The translations under genes were made by a program, and so were the position numbers. Source: a virus. From it: DNA of 64,000 nucleotides. The stretch spans positions 64,001 to 128,000 of the IMG/VR virus record IMGVR_UViG_3300042301_004349; one strand, given 5' to 3'. Under the pieces are notes generated by a model. It had not been told where the DNA came from. It saw nothing but the letters and a program-made list of their open reading frames with translations, and did not search any database. Shown piece by piece: positions 40,501-49,450 of this stretch. Numbering within the stretch: position 1 is the stretch's first letter; every line of letters starts with the position of its first letter.

Positions 40501-42439
40501 CGCCTTTGTCGCCTTTAAAACCTTGGAAGCCTCTGTCGCCTTGAGCTCCAACACCACCTTGATGGCCTTGTTGTCCAGCAAATCCTTGATCGCCTTTATC
40601 TCCTTTAGCACCTTGAGATCCAGTTGCACCTTGCAAACCAGTATTACCTTGTGGTCCTATTGGGCCAGTTGGTCCTTGGTTTCCTTGATCGCCTTTAGCT
40701 CCTTGTAAACCAGTAAAACCTTGATCGCCTTTTGTTCCTTGTATGCCTTGAAAACCTTGGTCGCCTTTAGCACCCTGAACTCCATTAGTGCCTGCTGTAC
40801 CTTGTAAACCTGTTGCACCCGTTGCTCCTTGAAGGCCTGTTGCACCTGCTGATCCTTGAAGACCAGTGGGACCTGTTGGGCCTATATCTCCTTGGGCTCC
40901 ATTTGCACCTGCTGATCCTTGAAGTCCTGTTGGGCCTGTAGCTCCAATAGAACCTTGTAATCCAGTTGGTCCAGTAGTACCTTGCAACCCAACAGGACCT
41001 ATTGAGCCTTGTAATCCAGTTGGGCCTGTTGACCCAGTTGGGCCTTGAAAACCTTGATATCCATCACCTTGGTATCCTTGAAAACCTCTATCACCTTGAT
41101 CTCCTTGAAAACCTTTATCACCCATAGCACCTTGGAAGCCTTGGTATCCATCACCTTGATATCCTTGAAAACCCATATCGCCTTGATATCCTTGAAAACC
41201 TTTATCTCCTATTGTTCCTTGAGCGCCTTGATTTCCTAAGGCTCCTTGATCACCTTGTGGGCCTTGAGAACCTACTACTGCACCAACACTAGTTAATACA
41301 TAAGAATAACTTGATGTTCCTTCAGTATACCACCCAATATTGTGATTACCATTTGATTGATCTTTAACATAGATTTTAACAATCATTCTGTTTGTAGGAT
41401 CAATTACTGTTGAAGGTAAAACAATATCAACAAACGTTTCAACGGTATTTATAGAATCCATCCAACCCACAGCAGCCATACCTGATGTAATTAAAGGTCC
41501 TATTGCTGTACCTGAGGAGTTGGCTAATTGAATTGTTACATATGTGTCTATATTATTACCTTGGGAATCTCTTAAATAATGAAGATGAAATCTTTGAGTT
41601 CCTCCAGGAATAATAGCAAATCCTAATTGAGGTGTTAAAAATTGACTTATTAAAACAGGGGTTGAACCATTTGTTGAAGTAGTTACAATTTGTTCTGGAG
41701 AAGTTGATGGGTCTTTTGATAATACTTTATAAGGAGAAATATCTGATGATTGACTCTGATTAAAATAGTATGTTTGACCTGCGCTTATACCTCCACTACC
41801 TTGATTACCTTGAAAACCTTGATCGCCTTTGGCTCCTTGTATACCTTGATCGCCTTTGGCTCCCTGAAATCCTAAAGATCCTTGAGGGCCTACTATGCCT
41901 TGAAATCCTTGATCACCTTTAGTTCCTTGAATACCAATTGAACCTTGAAGGCCTATTGGTCCTTGAATACCTTGAGCACCAACACTACCATTAAATCCTT
42001 GGTCACCTTTATCGCCTTTTTCTCCCTGTATACCTATTGGGCCTTGAATACCTTGAGGGCCAATTATACCTTGCAAACCAGTAGCTCCTTGCAAACCAGT
42101 AGCTCCTTGAAGACCAGTTGGACCTATATCTCCTTGAGGTCCAGTTGGACCTTGGGTTCCTATAGGGCCTATGGCTCCTTGAGGGCCTGGATCTCCTATT
42201 GAGCCTTGTGGACCTAATGGACCAGGACCTCCTGAAGGACCTGTTGCTCCAGTTGCTCCTTGAGCTCCTGTACCTCCTGTTTCACCAAGAGTTACAATAG
42301 TTTCAACACCGTTAACGTTTTTCTTGAGATAAACCTTACCATCGTAAGTATTCATTGCTAATTCACCTAGTTGTAGGTCAGCAATTGTAGGGATCTTTCC
42401 AGGCGTAGCTGTTCTACGCAGAGTAATAAGACGAGACAT
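37514..42439 (-). CDS. giant collagen-like fibre with Mtd_N-like N-terminus and C-terminal S74 chaperone
   Basis: LRRT...[15 protein letters not shown]; Gly-X-Y tracts approx. 40258-41275 and 41795-42275; FSDSRVK...GVIAQDV...[14 protein letters not shown]. Confidence 0.88.
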   Translation of the reverse strand: MSRLITLRRTATPGKIPTIADLQLGELAMNTYDGKVYLKKNVNGVETIVTLGETGGTGAQGATGATGPSGGPGPLGPQGSIGDPGPQGAIGPIGTQGPTGPQGDIGPTGLQGATGLQGATGLQGIIGPQGIQGPIGIQGEKGDKGDQGFNGSVGAQGIQGPIGLQGSIGIQGTKGDQGFQGIVGPQGSLGFQGAKGDQGIQGAKGDQGFQGNQGSGGISAGQTYYFNQSQSSDISPYKVLSKDPSTSPEQIVTTSTNGSTPVLISQFLTPQLGFAIIPGGTQRFHLHYLRDSQGNNIDTYVTIQLANSSGTAIGPLITSGMAAVGWMDSINTVETFVDIVLPSTVIDPTNRMIVKIYVKDQSNGNHNIGWYTEGTSSYSYVLTSVGAVVGSQGPQGDQGALGNQGAQGTIGDKGFQGYQGDMGFQGYQGDGYQGFQGAMGDKGFQGDQGDRGFQGYQGDGYQGFQGPTGSTGPTGLQGSIGPVGLQGTTGPTGLQGSIGATGPTGLQGSAGANGAQGDIGPTGPTGLQGSAGATGLQGATGATGLQGTAGTNGVQGAKGDQGFQGIQGTKGDQGFTGLQGAKGDQGNQGPTGPIGPQGNTGLQGATGSQGAKGDKGDQGFAGQQGHQGGVGAQGDRGFQGFKGDKGDKGDQGFKGDQGDRGFQGFKGDKGDKGDQGFQGFKGDQGDRGFQGFKGDKGDKGDQGDRGFQGFKGDQGDRGFQGFKGDQGANAATVLGTGVSYNNDRTTKISSGLAIYGAYDGGANSPYTYDLAAQFVTAGRGFEFAASWHNPSATLSLRTLRDCCSDWSSWVTMLSSANYNSYSPTLTGGGASGTWSITATGNVVSRGQSNWNDSTVINNVIGLMAWKNYGNNHVIFDASQGTSPSGGGVSQTNSTVAWTASYPTLMGWNGNTTYGVRVDSARVSDNTSGNSATSTVAYNLQASDATQIRFNSVINNDYSTMTFMSRAWQDVQGANGLAYNFTTHNNAGGGGYGALQIYYGEGGYVAAPTSFRAPIFYDSNDTGYYGDFASTSRMNNIVLGSYYQPSYTGQLILGSTSHNFNFLNGSWASSVTAGILANCADEYEFAIHDSGNSVESLFIYQSSTGRILMGRDIGWGTTPIQAAADFRAPIFYDSNDTTFYLDPNSTGISSNNAGGAVFRNIQISSASLTDTIQNVSSGGNIWLNYGHNGPVGLGYGGGLTTVYSGLTVSGNTTLNGVWQTNITTSGGWTRLSFTASNNWGDGVTYGTLGASGGAEPGVMINNMHATWNGTSNGAGVRMGRSGGVSGGAWYQVATMASDEFMIAKNGDWANGGIKILSNGAVNYGNTGYRFVHNNGTWDINITGSAGSLSNMNVSQFTNNSGYVTASSYVAGLNLQGLGNGSMNVNNGGTAVYRNENGNGGNLSYAPVLHLGGGDTMWQIQGDYYNSTDLRWRAGYAGSWYAWRQIIHSANIGSQSVNYANSAGNSDTVDGLHASSFVRSDVNTVYIVRHLEASSAWGSCNTLFLGWSSGKVLLGNNANGGHDYALNLGCNTVVSVNPFFCFQDITAFSDSRVKNNVEVIENAVEKVKAIRGVTFTRNDINDKNKRHTGVIAQDVLNVLPEAVSEDQKGYYSVAYGNMAGLFIEAIKELNAKIANLEAQLASK

Positions 42440-42507
42440 AAGCGCTCAATAATTTAAAGTATATACTTACACCTTACGGTGACCTATCTATCAGGCACGT
42501 ATAAATA

Positions 42508-42532
42508 TAAAAGGGCTCCGAATTGGAGCCCT
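42508..42532 (-). terminator. intrinsic terminator
   Basis: AGGGCTCC-AATTC-GGAGCCCT then TTT running into ATATTTAT. Confidence 0.75.
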
Positions 42533-42559
42533 ATTAATTATATTTGAAACGGTTAAATT

Positions 42560-43810
42560 TTAGAAATTACCACCATCTATTACATTTGTCATTGTCCAAG
42601 CACTACCATCCCACTTAGCATATTGATCTGCTAATGATGGAGCAGTCATTGATACTATTTGACTTGAAGCATTACCAAATATTAAAGCATTTGTTGTTAA
42701 AGAATTTGAATTTTGAACTGCAATTCTTTTTTCTGATCCTAATGGACCTGCTATCCAGTAGTCATTTGTTGTGTCCCAAAGTAATGAACCAGAAACTGTA
42801 TTTGGAGAAGTTGGATCTTTAACAACCAAACCTGCGTTTGTAGCTCCAGTACCATTTAATGAAATTATATTATCACCAATTTCAACTGTTGTTGAGTTAA
42901 CAATTGTTGAAGTACCACTTACTGTTAAATTACCTCCAACTACTAAGTTATTAGCAAATGAAGCATTTGAACCACTTAAAGTTAATACTGTGTCTCCAGT
43001 GCTTGATTTAATATCATTACCGCCTACTGTTAAATCACCACCAATTGTTACGTTATTTGGTAAACCAATTGTTAATGTTTGTCCTGAGATTGAAGTTTCA
43101 ATTTCATTAGCAGTTCCTACAATAGATAAAGCTTGAGTTAATAAATCAACACTTCCAGAACCGCTATCTGATGTAATATCTAATTCAGTTACTAATCCTG
43201 TTAATCCAGCACCATTACCTACGAATGAACCACTGAATGAACCACTAACTGAAGTAAATACACCTTGTTGTGCATAAATTGTTCTCCAACGTTTGCTGTT
43301 TGTACCTAAATCAAAAGCAATATCAACATCTGGTATAATAGATGAGCTGATGTCTGCGCCAAAAGTTACAAAATCTGTATTAGCGTCACCAACTGTAATA
43401 TTACCACCTAAAGTAATGTTACCATCAATTGTTGCGTTTCCACTTAAATATAAGTTAGAACCTGTAATTATACCTGTAGTAATACTTAAAGGATTAATTG
43501 CGCTTCCACTTACAGCACCTGCTAAATCTAAACGAGTATTACCAGCTGCTTTTAAAATGTAAAGATTCTTATCTGTAGAATTATAGAAAGAAACACCTTC
43601 TAATTGACTGTAACTAGAGATATCTGGTGCAGAAGAACCATAGTATAATTGAGGAACTGCTTTGTATGAGGTTGAATCTCCTACAAATAATACAGGACCT
43701 ACTAAATTACCTATCGAGCCTGTACCTAATATAATTTCACCAGCATTAACAGGTGAAAGGGTACCGACGTTGGCTATCGAACCGCGACGGTGTTTAATTA
43801 TTTGGGCCAT
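42560..43810 (-). CDS. fibre/whisker-like structural protein
   Basis: MAQIIKHRRG N-terminus, GNLTVSG/ISGS beta repeats, C-terminal IDGGNF. Confidence 0.75.
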   Translation of the reverse strand: MAQIIKHRRGSIANVGTLSPVNAGEIILGTGSIGNLVGPVLFVGDSTSYKAVPQLYYGSSAPDISSYSQLEGVSFYNSTDKNLYILKAAGNTRLDLAGAVSGSAINPLSITTGIITGSNLYLSGNATIDGNITLGGNITVGDANTDFVTFGADISSSIIPDVDIAFDLGTNSKRWRTIYAQQGVFTSVSGSFSGSFVGNGAGLTGLVTELDITSDSGSGSVDLLTQALSIVGTANEIETSISGQTLTIGLPNNVTIGGDLTVGGNDIKSSTGDTVLTLSGSNASFANNLVVGGNLTVSGTSTIVNSTTVEIGDNIISLNGTGATNAGLVVKDPTSPNTVSGSLLWDTTNDYWIAGPLGSEKRIAVQNSNSLTTNALIFGNASSQIVSMTAPSLADQYAKWDGSAWTMTNVIDGGNF

Positions 43811-43859
43811 ACTTTTTATTTATAATTTAATGGAATTATGTCTATTAATAAATATTAAG

Positions 43860-44120
43860 TTAGAACGTACCCAAATCAACTGATTGTGGAGTTGTTTCGT
43901 CTCCTAAAGTATCTATGTTGTCTATTGTTAGAGAAGCCGAGGATACACCAGGCATATCATGAATTACAGCATCTCCATACACGGTTATTGCGGGGATTGA
44001 TGATGTTTGTTGATAGAAGGTTGAGGATCCACTAACTACAGTTAAATCACCTTCTATTACTAATCCACTACCTGATAGGCTTAATGGGGATAATATTTGT
44101 TCTAATCTAATTCGTGCCAT
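43860..44120 (-). CDS. small structural protein
   Basis: 86 aa; ends VDLGTF, similar to the IDGGNF end of its neighbour. Confidence 0.65.
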   Translation of the reverse strand: MARIRLEQILSPLSLSGSGLVIEGDLTVVSGSSTFYQQTSSIPAITVYGDAVIHDMPGVSSASLTIDNIDTLGDETTPQSVDLGTF

Positions 44121-44121
44121 T

Positions 44122-45354
44122 TTATGTTACTTTACCTACTACTATAATGGTATCAGTTGAAACTAATGTATACCCTAATATTGAAGGATTAATTGTTAAT
44201 ATTGAATTAGCACCAACGTCTACAAACGATACAATTGCTTGGTGTGGTATATAAAGACCATTTGCTGTAAATGTAAAGTTTGCTAATGTTGGGTTTGGTA
44301 TAAGTGACCCTTCTGGTGGGTTTAGTATACTTACTCCAACAAATGTTGCTGTGTTTGATGTTACAGTTGTAGCTGTTCTTGTGTTATTTGTTTGTAAATA
44401 TTCAAGATCACTAGCTGCTGTATCTGTAATAGTAACATTGGTAGAACCTTCAACAAATGATGTACCACCACCTATATTTGGTCTAATACCAATTGTTTGT
44501 ACTTCTTCAGCATCACCTGTTGTTGTTTCTAAACCAAATACTATTTGAGATTTAGAATAAAACATATCACTGTTTGCTAATTCTTTATTAATAGAATCAG
44601 GAATTATATATCCATTTAATGTAATACTAAATGTTGTTTTTGCAATTCTATCATTATCTGATTCTACTGCTACTGTTGTTGCAAATGAATCAATTCTAGA
44701 TCTAAATTGAAAACGTTTTGGATCACCCCAATATGAATCAGAAGCAAATTGTATTGCTTCAACAATTTTATTATTTTGTTCTACATAGTTTGTAAATATA
44801 ATACATTCATATGTTACAGTAACATAATCAGGTACTACAGATACATAAAATTGAGATGATGGGATTTTATTTGTTAATATTGAGAATTTATCATAATGGT
44901 TTTTAGCATTGTATTTTGTTTCAAACACTTGAAATAAATGAGCTTTGTTACCATCTATTTTATTGCCTAAAGTTCTATTTTTTTCAACATTATTACGTCT
45001 AAATACTATAATAGGGACTCTAACCTTATTATTTGAATCTCTTAAAAATCCGTCTTGTTGTATTGATTTCCATCTTTCAGGAGAACCATATATTATAGGA
45101 ACATTAATCATTTCCCCATCTTGGAATACTTGGGGTTTAATAGTGTTGTTAAAATAATATATAATAGCTGCGTCTAAATCTTGTAAACCAACAGAAAAAT
45201 CTTTTATTTTATCGTTTTTACGAGAAATTTCTCTAGCACGATTTTGAGTAAAAGAAGTAGTAGAAACTGGCTTGCCTATTGATTTATCATAGGCTTCTAT
45301 TTGTGACTGTGCAGCCTCAAATGGTTTTGTTGTTTCTATTGATCTTTTTCTCAT
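44122..45354 (-). CDS. tail completion / sheath stabiliser (T4 gp15-like) with C-terminal extension
   Basis: VPIIYGSPERW...PDYVTVTYE...F.ITLNGYI motifs; neck-region position. Confidence 0.65.
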   Translation of the reverse strand: MRKRSIETTKPFEAAQSQIEAYDKSIGKPVSTTSFTQNRAREISRKNDKIKDFSVGLQDLDAAIIYYFNNTIKPQVFQDGEMINVPIIYGSPERWKSIQQDGFLRDSNNKVRVPIIVFRRNNVEKNRTLGNKIDGNKAHLFQVFETKYNAKNHYDKFSILTNKIPSSQFYVSVVPDYVTVTYECIIFTNYVEQNNKIVEAIQFASDSYWGDPKRFQFRSRIDSFATTVAVESDNDRIAKTTFSITLNGYIIPDSINKELANSDMFYSKSQIVFGLETTTGDAEEVQTIGIRPNIGGGTSFVEGSTNVTITDTAASDLEYLQTNNTRTATTVTSNTATFVGVSILNPPEGSLIPNPTLANFTFTANGLYIPHQAIVSFVDVGANSILTINPSILGYTLVSTDTIIVVGKVT

Positions 45355-45707
45355 TATATTCTACCTTGCTTTTCTAAAGCCATTAATTTATCTAAAGCAT
45401 TCATTGCTCTAAATAATTGGTTGTATAGTTTACTAATTTCTTTTGCTGTAGAAGCAATATCTGGATTTGTGGAGAAAGTGAATACATCAAATTCTCTTTT
45501 ATTTTGAATGATGGTTCTCTTAATATTATCAATTTTAGGTAGATTAATTACTTGAGAAGCAGACATTTCAGGACGATTTGGGTCCTGAGGTAATGGGACT
45601 AAAAGTCTACCTGTTTTATATAATTCTCTTTTTTGCTCAGGAGATAAATCTGAAATAGAAACTTCAGGACTTCCCATGATTTCGTCTAATATATCTGTTA
45701 ATTTCAT
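45354..45707 (-). CDS. hypothetical protein, candidate internal head protein
   Basis: N-terminus MKLTDILDE. Confidence 0.7.
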   Translation of the reverse strand: MKLTDILDEIMGSPEVSISDLSPEQKRELYKTGRLLVPLPQDPNRPEMSASQVINLPKIDNIKRTIIQNKREFDVFTFSTNPDIASTAKEISKLYNQLFRAMNALDKLMALEKQGRI

Positions 45708-45709
45708 AA

Positions 45710-46048
45710 TTAATATTGTCCTATTTTTTCAATTGTTTGTAATCTAGGAATAAATTGTAATAAACCGTCTACTTTATGAGTAGTTGATGAAGCTATTTTA
45801 ATTTTTTGAATATCTTCTTCTGGTGTTGTTGATACAATGTATTTAAGTTTTAGTAAAGCAAATTCAGCTACATTAGTTGCTTTTGCGTCTAAAAAATCAC
45901 TTTGTTGTACAGTTACAACCACAACTCCAGGAAGAGCTCTAATCTCATTATAAATCAATACTTGATTATAATTTGAATTAGTTTTTATCAATACTTCTAT
46001 TCGGTATATAGATAAAATCTCGTTTAATATATTTTCTAGTTTCATCAT
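45710..46048 (-). CDS. hypothetical protein, candidate internal head protein
   Basis: Start moved to ATG 46048 (ATGA overlap with the upstream stop); N-terminus MMKLENILNE. Confidence 0.7.
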   Translation of the reverse strand: MMKLENILNEILSIYRIEVLIKTNSNYNQVLIYNEIRALPGVVVVTVQQSDFLDAKATNVAEFALLKLKYIVSTTPEEDIQKIKIASSTTHKVDGLLQFIPRLQTIEKIGQY

Positions 46049-46638
46049 GATTCTAATATATTTAATCTTGTCATTCTTGTTAGAGAACAAGTCAAGATAT
46101 ATATAATAAGGTTACCAGTTGCATTTGCCGATTGAGCTGATATAGGAGTTCCAGCAGCTGTATAAAACTGAGCATCTGTTGATGTTACCTCATAATATCT
46201 GTCTCTATCAACTACTATATCTCCAACCTCTGGTGTGAAATTGAATTGTTCAACTGTTAATTTTGGTATACTTATTGTAATGTTTTGAGTAGGGTCGGAA
46301 CCATATTCAGCATCTACATAAGATAAAGCAGTTCTTTCAATTAAACACTTTATTTCCATTGGAGGATAATACCACTTCTCCATTGACTCACCATACATAT
46401 TAGCTACTGTATTATCTAGGTCACATTTAAAGTATCCTACTTTCATACCAGCAAAATTAATTGCTTGTTGAACAGTAGCTGCTGCCTGTCCACTAGGACC
46501 AGGAGATGGAGTTGGTGGTGCTGGTGGTGGAGTCGGTGTGGTAGGAGCAGGAGAGCCTATTCCACCTCCCCTTGGTGGGGGAGCAACAATAGGAGCCTGT
46601 GAAACTGTTCCTCCTTCTTTTATAATTCCTTTAGCCAT
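46045..46638 (-). CDS. head completion/neck protein (T4 gp14-like) with Pro-rich N-terminus
   Basis: NMYGES..K.YYPP...CLIER...PEVGDIV....YYEV motifs. Confidence 0.65.
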   Translation of the reverse strand: MAKGIIKEGGTVSQAPIVAPPPRGGGIGSPAPTTPTPPPAPPTPSPGPSGQAAATVQQAINFAGMKVGYFKCDLDNTVANMYGESMEKWYYPPMEIKCLIERTALSYVDAEYGSDPTQNITISIPKLTVEQFNFTPEVGDIVVDRDRYYEVTSTDAQFYTAAGTPISAQSANATGNLIIYILTCSLTRMTRLNILES

Positions 46639-48635
46639 TATTTAATATAAATTGGTAATGGAATAGATGCTAAAGTATCTTTTAAGAATCCAGCTTCTTG
46701 TTGTTTTCTTTCAAGTTGACTCTTACGAGAAACTTCATTTAGCATCTCTTTTAATTCCAAAATTAAATCTTCTTTTTCTTTTCTAGCATCTGTAATCAAT
46801 TCAGAACCATTTATTGGTCCTATACCTTGAATACTTGTAGAAGAATATTGAATACGAATATGTGCTTCAACTTCCCTAGCTAATGCTAAAGTATATTTAA
46901 ATATCCACATTCTACCAACAGTATTAATGTTCATATATACAGGATTTCTATAAGGAACATTCATTACATCAGTAACAACGTTCTTTCTTCTATCTCTTAA
47001 TATAGAATTTTTATTACTCTTTTTAACATATTCAAAGAATAAGTTTAAATCGATAGAAGGTCTTGGGAATATTCTTAATTTATTATTTTGTAATTCAAAT
47101 GAATAACCAGCACGTCTGATAGTGTCATTTAATTCAATTGATTGAATCTTTTGTAAGTCAAAATTCATAGGCATTAGCAAAAAGTTAATACCAGGGGAGA
47201 ATTGACCAAATCCAAATGTTTCAAGTAATGATTGAACACCAGTACCTGTGCCTGCATATGGGTCAAAATATCTAGCGATTGCTGGAGGTTGTTCATGATA
47301 TACTCTTCGAACCTCAATTGTATCTCCAAGTTCTAATGACTCTGATACAGCAGCCCATTCATTTAAATCATAATCCTGTTCACCAGGAATTAATTTCAAA
47401 CTACCTTTTTTAATATCATAATTTCCACCAACACTTGCTTCAGCTCCATAACCATCAGCAATAACTGATGTTATTGTTGTTAAGTTGTTGCTTAATACTT
47501 TATCATTAAATGTATCAACAGTTGTTTGAATATAAACTGTTGGGATAGTACCATTTGATCCTGTAAATCTTGCTCCATTACCTGCAATATTAGGTGTTGT
47601 AGTAAAGAAATAGATATGAGAATAACCTTCAGGTATACTATAATTAGATCCTGAAGTTACTCCTGTGAATTGAGCACTAGTTCCATTAATTCTAAAATTA
47701 GTAATATTAGAATATGATAATGAAGAAGAAATATTTAAAGTTGTTGCAGGAGAACCTGTAACAAATGTCATAGGTGTACCAAATGAAGCAGAAGATACTG
47801 CAGTTAATTTAGCTGCTATATTTGCTGCTGTTAATGCTGCTGTACTTCCAGTTACAATATAAAAATTAGTATCTGTATCAACCCCTGTATCATCTCCTAC
47901 ATAGAAATTAGTAATTGTATTGTTACTACCTGTAACAACAAATGATGTTGAACCTGATGTAATACTAACACTAGCTGCATTCCATGATGAAGTAGCAGCA
48001 TTATAATATGGTGTAACAACAGTTGCACCACCCGTTCTATTAAATTGATTATACACAAACTGGCTCAAATCCATTACAAGATTACCTGGTCCTGTGTATG
48101 TTGGATCAACAAATCCAGATCCCAAAGTAAATGAGTTGATATAGCTAAAGTCAGGCGCGATAAAATCGTTGATAGAGGCGGAAATAACCCAGATCTCATT
48201 ATCTACGATAGACGCTGAATAAGACTGATTAAAGTTTACTTCAGCCCAATTCGCTGGTCTTGGAGCAGACCAACTAACAGGAGAACCAATATCATCACTT
48301 AATATATGAGTATAACCTATATTTGAAAATGGAGAGGTTTCTGAGCCTTCCATGTTGATATAGTTGTCTCTAATTTTATATTGGTAAACTAAGTTACCAT
48401 ATGTAGTAACTGCTTCTTCAAAAGCAGCATATATAGTTAAATCGCTAATGTTTAATGTTGACAAACCTATACCTGTACCTAAACGTTGAGCAACGTACTT
48501 AGCAGCATTCTTAGCATCACGTAAGAATTCAGGATCATCAGTATAATATTCAAAGGGGCAATTGCCCTTTACATTTGAAAGATATGATACATCACCATTG
48601 TAATTATCATATAGTTGCATTAAGTTAATCGCCAT
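46638..48635 (-). CDS. neck/head-tail adaptor protein (T4 gp13-like) with a Ser/Thr-rich insertion
   Basis: VAQRLG...YAAFEEAVTTY N-terminus; WIFKYTLALARE...NGSELI..A..EK..L..EL...PLPIYI C-terminus. Confidence 0.7.
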   Translation of the reverse strand: MAINLMQLYDNYNGDVSYLSNVKGNCPFEYYTDDPEFLRDAKNAAKYVAQRLGTGIGLSTLNISDLTIYAAFEEAVTTYGNLVYQYKIRDNYINMEGSETSPFSNIGYTHILSDDIGSPVSWSAPRPANWAEVNFNQSYSASIVDNEIWVISASINDFIAPDFSYINSFTLGSGFVDPTYTGPGNLVMDLSQFVYNQFNRTGGATVVTPYYNAATSSWNAASVSITSGSTSFVVTGSNNTITNFYVGDDTGVDTDTNFYIVTGSTAALTAANIAAKLTAVSSASFGTPMTFVTGSPATTLNISSSLSYSNITNFRINGTSAQFTGVTSGSNYSIPEGYSHIYFFTTTPNIAGNGARFTGSNGTIPTVYIQTTVDTFNDKVLSNNLTTITSVIADGYGAEASVGGNYDIKKGSLKLIPGEQDYDLNEWAAVSESLELGDTIEVRRVYHEQPPAIARYFDPYAGTGTGVQSLLETFGFGQFSPGINFLLMPMNFDLQKIQSIELNDTIRRAGYSFELQNNKLRIFPRPSIDLNLFFEYVKKSNKNSILRDRRKNVVTDVMNVPYRNPVYMNINTVGRMWIFKYTLALAREVEAHIRIQYSSTSIQGIGPINGSELITDARKEKEDLILELKEMLNEVSRKSQLERKQQEAGFLKDTLASIPLPIYIK

Positions 48636-48673
48636 TATTCACTAGTATTTGTCATGTATAAATATTGAATATA

Positions 48674-49342
48674 TTATTTCCCATATTCATAATCCAATAT
48701 CTTACCAACTAGGTCCGATCTATGGTTAGTTGCTAATTTAATCCACTGAATTTCTTCAATTTTTTTAGATAATTCAATGACATACAACAATCCATTTAAT
48801 TCACCTGTTGGATTTTTAATATCAGTTTGTTCATTATCCCCATTAATTACTATCTTACCATTTTTACCTAAACGTGTTAATATAGCTAACATTTCACCTT
48901 TAGTTAGATTTTGAGCTTCTTCAACAATTAAAATATCATCAATTGTTTTACCACGAATGAATTGAACAGGTAATGCTTTAATTTTTTCTTCTTGTACTAA
49001 CTTCGCAACCTCATTTTTATCAGAACAACATTTAGATAGGTTTTCTAACAACGCTTCCATATATGGATCAAATTTTTCACTTAAGGCTCCTGGTAGGAAT
49101 CCTAAACTTTTGCCTACTTCAACAGCAGCACGTGTATTGTATATACAATCTATTTGTTTTCTTTTAAGGAAATCTAATGCTGCTTGTGCACATACTAATG
49201 ATTTACCACTTCCTGCTCTACCTGTTATTATAACAATTTGGTTTTCTACTATTAATCGTTTTGCTTCTTTTTGTTCTTCATTTAATTGAACTGCGTTAAT
49301 TGATTTAATTTCACTTTTGCGTTCGCGATTAGGTTCTCTCAT
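48674..49342 (-). CDS. phoH: PhoH-like ATPase
   Basis: GRAGSGKS Walker A, TRAAVE, LGFLPG, FIRGKT, EEAQN, TRLG, GDNEQTD, HRS; start moved to ATG 49342 (MREPNR). Confidence 0.92.
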   Translation of the reverse strand: MREPNRERKSEIKSINAVQLNEEQKEAKRLIVENQIVIITGRAGSGKSLVCAQAALDFLKRKQIDCIYNTRAAVEVGKSLGFLPGALSEKFDPYMEALLENLSKCCSDKNEVAKLVQEEKIKALPVQFIRGKTIDDILIVEEAQNLTKGEMLAILTRLGKNGKIVINGDNEQTDIKNPTGELNGLLYVIELSKKIEEIQWIKLATNHRSDLVGKILDYEYGK

Positions 49343-49377
49343 ATGTAACGGTTGTTTAATTTCCAATAAATATTAAC

Positions 49378-49407
49378 AAAAAAAGCCCGACCTTACGGGG
49401 TCGGGCT
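49378..49407 (-). terminator. strong intrinsic terminator after the major capsid gene
   Basis: AGCCCGACC-CCGTAA-GGTCGGGCT followed by TTTTTT. Confidence 0.9.
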
Positions 49408-49450
49408 ATTTAGAACTATAATACTGAGATTATAGTGGGGCTAGTTTAGA

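Noticed and set aside
17863-42202. Many alternative-frame and antisense ORFs over the collagen tracts (KATKAIK..., VAFIAF..., SPLKPW...)
   Set aside because: They coincide with the Gly-X-Y repeats, whose codons lack stops in other frames; no independent start context.
24659-42439. Invertase-driven fibre shufflon
   Set aside because: All fibre genes are co-oriented, shared repeats are direct rather than inverted, and no recombinase is present in the window.
33508-43810. Diversity-generating retroelement suggested by Mtd_N-like N-termini
   Set aside because: No reverse transcriptase in the window and no template/variable repeat pair differing at adenines; the one long shared block is in collagen stalks.
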